From positions 1 through 51,322 of the forward strand of contig JALAGF010006661.1 in the NCBI GenBank assembly GCA_030167865.1: a stretch of 51,322 nucleotides of DNA, given 5' to 3'. Positions 21,795-31,685 of this stretch are shown here, piece by piece. The DNA is from Craspedostauros australis. Its lineage: Eukaryota. Below the pieces are notes generated by a model that saw only the letters and a program-made list of their open reading frames with translations, ran no database searches and was not told where the DNA came from. Within the stretch, counting starts at the first letter, position 1, and every line of letters starts with the position of its first letter. The position numbers and the translations under genes were made by a program.

Positions 21795-23605
21795 ATGAGG
21801 GGACTGTCAACAGCATCAACGCAAGCGCGCGTCCCCGTGCTGCTGCTGCTGGTGCTCGGCGTCTTCCTCGCGCGCACATCATGCGCAGAACGAGCGTATC
21901 CAAGCGGCTGCGCCAACGAAGCCAGATCGTTCTACGATTACGAGTCGTCGAGCTTCCCTCCGGCCGATGTGGATCTGGCAGAGCCGGAGGACTACCTGCT
22001 CGTGCGTCGCTTGGGTGCCGGCAAGTTCTCGGATGTCTTCGAAGCCGTCGATGTGCACCTGCAGCAGCAGAAGCAATCCCAGCTGACGCTGCCCGCGTTC
22101 GATTACCAGGAGATCGATCCCGACACGCTGGTGGTACTCAAGTGCCTCAAGCCGGTCTCCGAACGCAAGATCAAGCGGGAGCTGATGATTCTCAGACGTG
22201 CGTCGCATCTGCCCAACCTGGTGCGGCTGCTGGCCGTGTCGTTGCCTCCCAACTACTCGCAGAATGCGGTGCACAGGAAGGGCTCCGTTCGGCCCATGCC
22301 GGCGTTGGTGCTGGAGCATGCCGGGGTGGGGTCGCAGTGGCTGTGTCACATGAAGGATGATCGTCTCACGGACTTCGAGATACGCTACTTTGTGTACCAG
22401 CTCCTCGTCGCGCTGGATGCGCTGCATGCAAAGGGCATCATGCACCGCGACGTCAAGCCACGCAACGTGCTGATCAACCGCAGGCAGGATACGGGCATGC
22501 TGTCCAAAGGCAAGGTCGATCGTCCATTGACGCTCATCGATCTGGGGTTGGCGGATTTTTACCTGCCCGACACGCGATACAACGTGCGGGTTGCATCCAG
22601 GCACTACAAGTCGCCGGAACTGCTTCTTGGGTACGAGCATTACGATTACGCAATCGACCTGTGGGGCGTCGGGTGTATCTTGGCCGGGCTGTTGCTCAAT
22701 CGAGAGCCGTTCTTCAGAGGGTAAGTGAGATCGTTGTGCACATACAAGTGCTGATATGCGTGGATGGGAATGGTCCCAATCGATGATGATCATGTTGATG
22801 ATGATGATGGTGATGGTGGTCGTTGAGCGTTGATTGTCATGTGCCATGTCTGTTGTATTCGAACAACTGGATGTCATGCTGCACAATTTGTTTGCTTGGT
22901 GCAATAGATTACAACACGGGTAGGATGCAACAAGTGTATACTTTTACTTCCGATTACCAACGAACATGACCAATTGTCTGACGATTATTCTCCTGCATTC
23001 TACTCTGCGGTGGATGCACGATGCCGCACTCAATCTTGGTCTGTCAATGTTTTCGTATCGCGGCTTACATGTGCATTCCACGTGCACTACATTCCACTCC
23101 AACCAACCACCATCGCTGCGTCCGTGGCTGCAGAAAGGACAACTTGGATCAGCTGGGGACCATCATCGCGGTGCTTGGCATTTCCGATCTGCACGCTTAT
23201 CTAAGCCAGCACGAGATCGAAGTGAGCGACGAAGTTCGACAGGTGATACACAAGTACGCACAGCGAGGGGCAAAGAAGGTCGATTGGTTTTCGTACTTGC
23301 CGAGCAGTGACGGATCGAAAGAGTCGCATGGGGTCACCGGTCGCAATTCGGAAAGTACCAGAGCTGACAATGCAAAAGTGGCTGCTATCGCTGCTGCTCT
23401 TTCTTCTGATCATGAAGATGATGCCGAAGCTCTTCCACCCAGCGCCGACGGGCTTGACTTGATTTCGAAGCTGCTGGTGTACGATCATGAAGAACGATGG
23501 ACGGCCGAGCAAGCCATGCGGCACCGATTCTTTGACCCCGTGCGTGAGCAGGTGCTGAAAGATCTGGGTTCCGTGCAAGATCACCTCCAGATGTTCCCAA
23601 AATGA
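21795..23605 (+). CDS. Casein kinase II alpha-like Ser/Thr kinase with putative signal peptide; exons 21795-22720 and 23134-23605
   Basis: LGAGKFSDVF, LKCLKPV..RKIKRE, MHRDVKPRNVL, IDLGLADFY, YNVRVASRHYKSPELL. Intron 22721(GTAAGT)-23133(CAG) restores EPFFRG|KDNLDQL (CK2: EPFFHGHDNYDQL). The start is inferred at ATG 21795, just before hydrophobic VPVLLLLVLGVFLA. Confidence 0.88.
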
Positions 23606-23642
23606 TCCACCTTCGCATGTGCCGTATCAAGCTTGTCGAGCT

Positions 23643-24806
23643 TCAAAACGAATCCGCAGGCCAGATGAGATGGTGCTTGCCATCACCGAGGTAGTCATGG
23701 ATGGACATTTCGCAGTCCTCCTGCAACGTGGTGTACATCCAGCCCAGATCATCCTCGGAAACTCTGCTGGACAGATCAATGCCAGCCTCGTTCGTCTCGC
23801 TGGCGTCAGCAAGGAAAGCGTCGTCGAGGACAACAGTGGGCAATGCCAGCACGCCATCTGTCATGTTGTTGCATTTGAGCATGTGCTGTGCAGCATGGGT
23901 GAGGACAGTCCGCGCCTTTGATTGCTGCTGATCGACGCCAAACTCTCTCAGCTGATACCGATCACCTCTCGGACGGAACGACCACCAACCCACGATGGCA
24001 CCGTCGCCATCCTCGCCAGTTCTGCGTTCCGAATCCACCAAGACCCACAGTGATCCCTCCAATTCCTTGCTGAGGTAGTCATTCCAATAACTCTGCGAAC
24101 GGATGATGCACCCCACGAAACGGTCCTCGGAGTACAGCTTGTGCAACGCCGACAAACGCAACGTGTCCGTGGGGAATTTGGCTGGTCGAATCTGCAGACC
24201 AACGCCACCGTTCGCCTGTGCATCCGTAGTATCGCCAGATGGTAAGGACCACGAATCATTGCGCGTCACATTGACCACAGACCATTTGGTGGTGGTGCCT
24301 TGGTAACCACCAGATTTTTGATAGACAGGAAAGAACGCCGGTGCCGCATGTAGCAAAGAGTATTGCATACACAACTGCTGCTGCTGCTGCTGTTTGGAAG
24401 TGTGCACGTACTCCTTCATGATGGCTATGGCATCCTGCAAGAGCCATTTGGATAACCCGCGCCGACGATGATCATCGTGTGTGCAGACTTCGCCAATGCC
24501 GCCCACCAAGCAGGAACGTCCGTCGCCATTCGCGAGGCCGATACGGCGCACAAAGACGCGGACGGATGCCACGATCTGTTCCTCGTCACCCGCGTGGACG
24601 ACCGCCACGCGAATGAGAGACGCGTCGCGGTCGGGATCGTTGACATAATGGCGTTGGAAGTAGGCGGCCGGTGGTGGGTTGGCCTTGTACGCAAAGACCG
24701 AAGCGCAGAACTGCGTCCATGGGACGATGTCGTCCTCCGTGAGTCCCTTCAGACTGTACGTCGCCTTGCTGCCATCCTCCAGTTCCACTTCCTTGGTTCG
24801 TTTCAT
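23643..24806 (-). CDS. GNAT-family acetyltransferase (Eis-like N-terminal domain), 387 aa
   Basis: Acetyl-CoA-binding motif A GGIGEVCTHDDHRRRGLSKWLL in a long uninterrupted ORF. Confidence 0.8.
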   Translation of the reverse strand: MKRTKEVELEDGSKATYSLKGLTEDDIVPWTQFCASVFAYKANPPPAAYFQRHYVNDPDRDASLIRVAVVHAGDEEQIVASVRVFVRRIGLANGDGRSCLVGGIGEVCTHDDHRRRGLSKWLLQDAIAIMKEYVHTSKQQQQQQLCMQYSLLHAAPAFFPVYQKSGGYQGTTTKWSVVNVTRNDSWSLPSGDTTDAQANGGVGLQIRPAKFPTDTLRLSALHKLYSEDRFVGCIIRSQSYWNDYLSKELEGSLWVLVDSERRTGEDGDGAIVGWWSFRPRGDRYQLREFGVDQQQSKARTVLTHAAQHMLKCNNMTDGVLALPTVVLDDAFLADASETNEAGIDLSSRVSEDDLGWMYTTLQEDCEMSIHDYLGDGKHHLIWPADSF

Positions 24807-25364
24807 TTTTGTTGCTTCTCAAGCGGACGTAGAGTCTGATCTTATCTCGAATTGGGTGTACTATTCCAAATATAGTATAATATAATAATACGGTATTCTA
24901 CTTTGCACGTGCGATGCTTCCATCGCTTTGGATAGCAAGCGCGATGACTGCGATCACACGTTCACAAGTCTTCACCTTCCGTCTCCAGAAAGACCATTGC
25001 CGACATTCCGACAGTGCGGGCGCAACGAACCTCACTGAGCGAAACTCCATCCACGATTGCTGAAACACTTGCTTGACTCACGCGACTGCTTGAAACGTGA
25101 CAAATCGTGGAAAGATTCTTCTTCCACGTTGAGATCTTTGCGTCTGCGGGGCATCAAGAACGGGAACCCTTCCACGATGTTGATGTCAACGACACACCAA
25201 CCACAAGGACACGTTGTCGTATTGGTACTACTACTCTCATTGTCTCCACAGAGATGGAGAGCGAGGAGAGCGATCACACAAGGAATTCAGTGCAACACCA
25301 TCCTTGCTTCACAGCGAGGGGATCAGGAGAGACCGAAGCACACGAAGGGAGCATCTCGCAAGCG

Positions 25365-27074
25365 ATGACGATGCGCAAACCCACAGTTGGACGATGGCGG
25401 TCAGCCTGGATGACTGCGATTGTTGTGCTGGCGATCTGGAAGGTTGAGGCAGTCTCTTCTTCATCAACACCCACTCCATCTTCATCTGCGTCTTCATCTG
25501 CATCTGCATCGAAGAGCAATGGAAACGGCATGATCCTGCGCATCCGCCTGAGCAACGGCTCCATGGAAAAGGTCCAGATCAAGGCAGGGACGGAAGAGGA
25601 GACGACGTTGGAGCAAGTGCTGACGCAATTCGTTCACGCATCTGCAACGCCATCATCGCTGGTTGTCCAGGCCAACGGAAAGGCCGTGGAATCCACCGGT
25701 GCATCCGTTGCTGCGCTGGGACTGAAGCACGGGTCGATCATCACGGTTGCGTCGGCAGACGATGACAGCAGCAAGGCCAAGGGCCAGCCCAAGGAGTCAC
25801 GCTTTGCCAAGGCGCTTCATCACGATCCCAATATTTGGAATCCGTTTCCCGATCTGGCCAAGAACTACGAGCATGCTCTGCTGCAGACCAAAACGAAGCG
25901 CTCGTCTCAAAAGGGCATGTCCTACAGCGCCATTGCCAAGCTCAGATCGTCCCTGCACACCGTCGAACCGCAACCGGAAGGACCATTGAAACGCGTCTAC
26001 ATGTGCCAGCAGGCGGCCGAACGATTCCAAGCCAACGGGATCACCAACACCCCTGCTGCCAAGGGCAAGAAGCGCTCCATCATCACACCGCGATTTGGAT
26101 TGCTGTTGGGCACCATCCAGCGGGAACGCGTCGACATGGGACGCCCGCGCAAGGCTCGCACGTCGTTGTCGAGCCAAACATCCGACTCGGAGTACTGCAC
26201 GATCGCCAAGGTCCAGTGCGTGTGGGAACCGTCCGGCCAGCAGCAAGCGGCGGCGGCAGGGAAGGGCAAGAAGGATGCGGGCATGTACTATGACTGCGCC
26301 AAGGCGGAGACCATGATGCAATCCGACCAAGGCAAGCGCGCGCTCAAGGTCGCTGACCGGCTGGGTCTGGTCCCGGTGGGTTGGATCTTCAGCTACACGG
26401 AGGATCGCAGCCAGGACGACGACGCCTTGCCGGTCTTCGGTGCCGACGTCCGCACGGGGTCAATGCTGCAGATCGACAACATGAAACGCCGCGTGTCGAC
26501 GGCCCAACCTGGCGCCACCAAGCAGCAGCAACGCAAGGAGGAAGACCAGCAACGTTTGGATGGTGCCAAGTTCATCACGCTCGCCATGGATGCCAAGGTG
26601 GGCGCCACCGAGGCCTTCCAGTTGAGCGATGTCAGCGTCCAGATGGTCGCCGAAGGGATGTTCAAGGATACCGACGGTTTGAAGCAGCGCCACGTCGAGG
26701 CTCGCCACGAGATGGTCATCGACGGGCAGGAGAGTACCAAGCTGGATTCCGTCCTGTGCCTCATCAATACGGCCATGCTGAGCCACACCGGCACCTTCTC
26801 GAGCCCGGCAAAGGTCAGCACGGTCAAGAAGAATGGCGGATTGATGGCAAAGCGCAAGAAGGCCATCGTGACTGCCCTCGAATCCAAGGACGAGAAGGAG
26901 CTGCTGGCGCAGCTGTGCGATTTCAACGTGCTGCTCGCCCTCGATGTGTCCTTGTCCGACGACGACTCGAAGGCGCTGTGTGCCACCGTCAAGAAATGGG
27001 CAAGAGGCCAGAAATCGGGCACCGCAGTCTCCGAATCGCTCAAGATGAAGCTGCGCAACGTGCTGGACGGATAG
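25365..27074 (+). CDS. Npl4-like protein (ubiquitin-like domain plus MPN-like domain) with signal peptide and Ser-rich leader; candidate periplastid sNpl4
   Basis: MILRIRLSNGSMEKVQI...LGLKHGSII UBL, FGLLLG, VQCVWEP, LGLVPVGWIFSY and EAFQLSDVSVQMVAEG resemble plant-type NPL4. The start is inferred (25365, 25371 or 25410), upstream of hydrophobic AIVVLAIW. Confidence 0.72.
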   Translation: MTMRKPTVGRWRSAWMTAIVVLAIWKVEAVSSSSTPTPSSSASSSASASKSNGNGMILRIRLSNGSMEKVQIKAGTEEETTLEQVLTQFVHASATPSSLVVQANGKAVESTGASVAALGLKHGSIITVASADDDSSKAKGQPKESRFAKALHHDPNIWNPFPDLAKNYEHALLQTKTKRSSQKGMSYSAIAKLRSSLHTVEPQPEGPLKRVYMCQQAAERFQANGITNTPAAKGKKRSIITPRFGLLLGTIQRERVDMGRPRKARTSLSSQTSDSEYCTIAKVQCVWEPSGQQQAAAAGKGKKDAGMYYDCAKAETMMQSDQGKRALKVADRLGLVPVGWIFSYTEDRSQDDDALPVFGADVRTGSMLQIDNMKRRVSTAQPGATKQQQRKEEDQQRLDGAKFITLAMDAKVGATEAFQLSDVSVQMVAEGMFKDTDGLKQRHVEARHEMVIDGQESTKLDSVLCLINTAMLSHTGTFSSPAKVSTVKKNGGLMAKRKKAIVTALESKDEKELLAQLCDFNVLLALDVSLSDDDSKALCATVKKWARGQKSGTAVSESLKMKLRNVLDG

Positions 27075-27189
27075 GTATTCGCACGAGGATGGACCAAAAG
27101 GCTTCGTGTGCGTAGGCAGCGGCAGAAAAACGTAATCCAATGCATGGACATATTTATTGCTCATCTATTATACACTACTCTTCTACTCA

Positions 27190-27210
27190 AGAGAGAGAGA
27201 GAGAGAGAGA
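27190..27210. repeat. (GA)10 microsatellite
   Basis: Direct reading. Confidence 0.95.
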
Positions 27211-27474
27211 ATACCACTCTCTCGAGTACGTATCTCTCCACTTTGGACGTTGATGAGGTACACGTGTGTTGGAACGAGCGTGGCTGGGCAGGTCACATTG
27301 GAAATCACTCTGTTCGTCTGACACGCGTACGTCTGTGCCCAACAAAGTCAACGATCGTGATGAATTGACACATCAATGGTCTTTGATGGTGACGTTGTAT
27401 CTTCTTTCGAAAACACATGCCATCATCCCTTTGTCCCAAACACAACACCGATGCAAACGCAAACCTCGTGGTGG

Positions 27475-27476
<2 letters not shown>

Positions 27477-27517
<41 letters not shown>
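27477..27517. repeat. (AG)20 microsatellite about 70 bp upstream of the trpCF start
   Basis: Direct reading. Confidence 0.95.
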
Positions 27518-27518
<1 letters not shown>

Positions 27519-27587
27519 GGAGGGAAGACCCATCATCCACCTACCCACTCCCACCAACACATCAACACATCAACACATCAACGAACG

Positions 27588-29838
27588 ATGCGCGCACAAC
27601 TGCTGCTGACATCCGCCATTGCGGCTCTGCCTTGCTGCGATGCGTTCGCGATGGGCAGATCACCTGCCGTGCGCATGGATTCGACGGCAGCAATCGATGT
27701 GGATCCCACCAACGTGATGGATCAGTATCCCGAGTACACGCAGGATGAGCTGAAGCGGGCGCTGGACAGCCTGCTCGACGATTCCGGCGATCGAGCCAAC
27801 GATGCGCGCCATCTCTTCGGATACGAGGGCGGCGTGCAGCACGACGATCATGAGCTCAGCAAGCTGCAGGCCATCACGGCCACCAGGATACTGGATTATC
27901 AGAACTACATGGTGCGTTGCATCACATAGTGTCTGGCACAAGCAGTCTATGGCAGCCCTTGTCATTCTGGGTTCCAACTTTAGTCGTTCTTGAATTGGCT
28001 TGACATCACTCTGCATCCAGCACTGATACTCTCGTACGAGTTGGAGAGCAATTCAATTGCGTTCACAGCCGCTCACACCATGCCGTTCCTTGCCGTATCC
28101 TGCGTCCCGCCGTTCGCCCAACGAATTGCCTCTCATCCGCAAACGCAAATGCAAACATAAGTACTATTATATTATGTTATATTATGTTGCATCACAGGCA
28201 GCTGCATCATGCCCAAGTGAGGAAGCGCTGATGAAGGAGTTTGAATCATTTGCGGCCACCAACGGTCAGATCGTCAACTTGCAGGAGGTAATTCGCAGGC
28301 AGTCCCCCACCATGGCGCTGGCGGCAGAATTCAAACGAGCATCTCCCAGCAAGGGCGACATCGCCACGCACCTGGAGGCCGGAGAGCAGGGGCAGAATTA
28401 CGCGGCAGCCGGTGCCAACATCATCTCGGTCCTCACGGAACCACGCTGGTTCAAGGGTGGCCTGAACGACATGACGTCAGTGCGACTGCAGACCAATGAT
28501 CAGGACTACGACCGTCCTGCCGTCCTGCGCAAGGAGTTCGTCACCAACAGATACCAAATCACGGAGGCGGCGGCGCACGGTGCCGACACCATCCTTCTCA
28601 TCGTCGCCGTCCTGCCGCAGCACGTGCTCAAGGACCTCATCGATCATTCGCGCTCGCTGGGCATGGAGCCGTTGGTGGAAGTCCACGCGGACGCGGAACT
28701 CGAAGTCGCCCTGCAATGCGGTGCCAAGGTCATCGGCGTCAACAACCGCAACCTCCACACCTTCCAGATGGATCTCCAAACGACCGAGCACGTCGCCGAG
28801 ATCCTCACGCAAAAGGGCTGCGTCTTCGATCACAACGACCCGGAGGCACCCTACACCATCTGCTCGCTGTCGGGCATGTCCAACGCCCTCGACGTCGATC
28901 GGTACCGCACCATCAAGGTCGGCATGTGCCTCATCGGAGAATCCTTGATGCGCGCCGCCGATCCCAAGGTCGCCATCGAAGGCCTGTGCTTGAATCCCAA
29001 GGACTTTGAGACGCAGTCCGCCAACGCATTTGGCGGCGCTTACACGGCAGGCACCAAGATCATCAAAGTGTGCGGCGTCACCAACGCCGACGATGCGCTC
29101 GTGGCGTGCCAGAGCGGTGCCAACCTGATCGGCGTCATATTCGTGCCCAAGAGCAAACGTTGCGTCTCGATCGATCAGGCCAAGGAGGTCGTGTCGGCGG
29201 TTCGGACCTTCGGCGAACGATCCAAGGCAACCGCTATCAGCATTTCTGAGCAAGCGTCGACGCTGAACCAATTCGTGGCGAATGCCCGCAGTCTGGAAGC
29301 TGCCTCGAAGCGGCCGTTGGTCGTCGGCGTGTTCCAGAACCAATCGCCGGAATTCATCAAGGAGATGGTGCAAGAGTGCGGTCTCGATTTGGTCCAGCTG
29401 CATGGCAAGGAGGGCATGGCCGCCGCCAATTCCGCATTGAACGGCGTTCCCGCGATCCGCGTTGTCGATATCGAGACGGATCCCGCGACCGGCAAGGCAT
29501 CCGACGACGCCGTCGAGACGCTGTTGCAATCGTTGACGTCCGATCCCCTCGCGATCCTCCTCGACACGTCCATCAAGGGCGACGCCGATGGAGGTGGAAC
29601 CGGCGTCACCTTCGATTGGAGTATCGCCGAGAAGCTCCAGAACTCGGGTCTGCCCGTCATTATCGCTGGCGGACTGACGCCGGATAACATCGAGGATGCT
29701 GTGGGCAGCGTACGACCGTGGGGCGTGGATGTCAGTTCCGGCGTGGAGGCAACGCCAGGCACCAAGGATCACGACAAGGTTCAGACGTTCGTGGGCGGCG
29801 CGCGCAGTGCGGCCATTGAAGCGAGCAAAGGAATCTGA
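27588..29838 (+). CDS. trpCF: Plastid-targeted bifunctional indole-3-glycerol-phosphate synthase / phosphoribosylanthranilate isomerase; exons 27588-27911 and 28198-29838
   Basis: IGPS motifs AEFKRASPSKG, SVLTEPRWFKG, LRKEF, EPLVEVH, GVNNRNL. PRAI motifs IKVCGVT, VQLHG, LLDT, AGGLTPDN, GVDVSSGVE. Signal peptide with CDA-FAM cleavage motif. Phase-0 intron 27912(GTGCGT)-28197(CAG). Confidence 0.93.
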
Positions 29839-30192
29839 AACCTGTGCTGTGGTGTTGTATTGTATTGAACTCCGTTCCTTCCATTGCTCGTAGCTAGGAG
29901 ACGTCCGTACATGGTGCGCGATAATGCAATGCGACGATAGTGAAATAACAGCTATTGCCATGACCATGCAAATAATACTTTGATGAGGCTTCAAACAGGT
30001 TGATCACGTGACTACTCTTGTTAGTACTACTACTTGTGCTTGGGTCACCTCTCCTGCCAGTGTGTCCTATACTGAGCACTCTCATGCTGGCAATATTGGT
30101 TGTGCACATTTCTAAACAGCACATTGTGCTCTTCCACTCCTCCCACGCTCATACCGTACACGCACACGTACACGTGCAGTCATCTATTCTAT

Positions 30193-31143
30193 TTAGTACC
30201 CGACGTAGGTACGCTTCAGCTCATCTTCCTGCTCCGTGCGCAGATGCGTCTGAACTCCAAAGGGCAAACTCCATCCTTCCTTCATGGCAAATTGGAAGGC
30301 ATCCTTGAGTTCGATTTCATACAAGTCGCACACCTGGACAAGGTTCTGGTTGGAATACCGATCCTGCAGAACGCCGACATCCAAGGAGTAAACCGCCTCC
30401 AGGATGGCAAAGGCCTGCTCTCCCGTCACCAAATCACCCAGCTGAGAGTTGGGATCGATGGGCACAGGAACTCCCCACATGCATAGCACATCTGCCAGAT
30501 AGCAGATGGGAACGGAGTAATCCGTAGCGATGTCCGTCAGCGTGGAGTCTCCCAAGTATCCCGGCTCTCGCTTCTTGCGTCGATGATCCTTTTGCATGCC
30601 TCCCATGGATTTGATGAGATCCTCCTCTTCGTCGGTGTACGGTGACGCCTTTGGCTTTTCCACCGTGTCTGCGGCTGCGGCGTCCTTCGTCTTCTTCCGC
30701 TCGGCAACTCTGGAAGCGTTTGGCTTGAGAACATCGTTGGCTGCGGTGGCGTGCTTCACGCTGCGGTGCAACACTTCTCTCTGAACACGCGCCTTCTCGC
30801 GATCAGGCGTCCATTCCATCTCCTCGTCGTCATCCTCGAAGTCTCTGCCTTGACCCGTGAGCACCTCGAGATCATCCACCTCCCACCAATCGCCGTCTGC
30901 GTCACCTTCCGTGTTGACGTACTTGTCGTCAATGCGGACGCGAAGGCAAGTTCGTCGTGGTCTGGTATGGCGTTCGGAAGCCAGCGTTGGGCGGAATGCG
31001 GCCGGCGTTGCCTCCACTTCGTTGGCTCTGCATGAACGTGCCGCTGCTGCGATGGAATGGAATCCGCATGATGATGCTGCCGAAAAAGCGAGCACATGGT
31101 GTCGGCAGGCCAACAGAGCTATGCATGCGAACACTCGCAACAT
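30193..31143 (-). CDS. Probable plastid-targeted hypothetical protein with two C-terminal IF2-N-like helical repeats
   Basis: MLRVFACIALLACRHHVLA-FSAASS bipartite leader, acidic linker, then the repeats LGDSTLTDIATDYSVPICYLADVLCMWG and YSNQNLVQVCDLYEIELKDAFQFAMKEG. The family assignment is tentative. Confidence 0.65.
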   Translation of the reverse strand: MLRVFACIALLACRHHVLAFSAASSCGFHSIAAAARSCRANEVEATPAAFRPTLASERHTRPRRTCLRVRIDDKYVNTEGDADGDWWEVDDLEVLTGQGRDFEDDDEEMEWTPDREKARVQREVLHRSVKHATAANDVLKPNASRVAERKKTKDAAAADTVEKPKASPYTDEEEDLIKSMGGMQKDHRRKKREPGYLGDSTLTDIATDYSVPICYLADVLCMWGVPVPIDPNSQLGDLVTGEQAFAILEAVYSLDVGVLQDRYSNQNLVQVCDLYEIELKDAFQFAMKEGWSLPFGVQTHLRTEQEDELKRTYVGY

Positions 31144-31685
31144 TGGGTGGGAATGTGATCGACACATGTTGGTCACGCAGGTTCGATCCAACGGTGTCGT
31201 GAATGTGCCAATGGATCTTCTCTTGTTGTCTTTTCAGTGGTCGATGTCTGGTTCCTCCATCCCCTGCGATGGTCATGGCAGCGTCGCCGAGAACCGCAGT
31301 ATCTGCACCCAACGAGGCTTCCGATTGCGAGATCATCGACTTTCTGTGGCGGCTTCGCAGCAGCCCACATCCTCGTTGATGGGTGGTTGGTGATCTAGTC
31401 GAACGAGTCAAAAATATTGCTCACATATCTGTCACAACACATGGCAACACATCACATCACGACGCATAGGCTGGACAGAGGTACCTTGGCCTTGCAACAC
31501 GAAGCGATATTGAGCACAGAACAGCGTACCATCCTCTCATAGCACAATAATTGTAGTCCACTGAACAATAGACTAGTAACGACTGATTTACGTCAACGAT
31601 GGATGTGGAGCACTTGACAACTGCTAGGCGAGACTACTTTGACAGGTGGTTGGTTGGTTCTTGTCCAAGTTACAGCGATGCTCTC

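Noticed and set aside
28477..29994. 505-aa minus-strand ORF, and other long antisense ORFs over the STAND, kinase, Npl4, ankyrin and SIT genes
   Set aside because: Shadow ORFs produced by GC3-biased codon usage of the real gene on the opposite strand.
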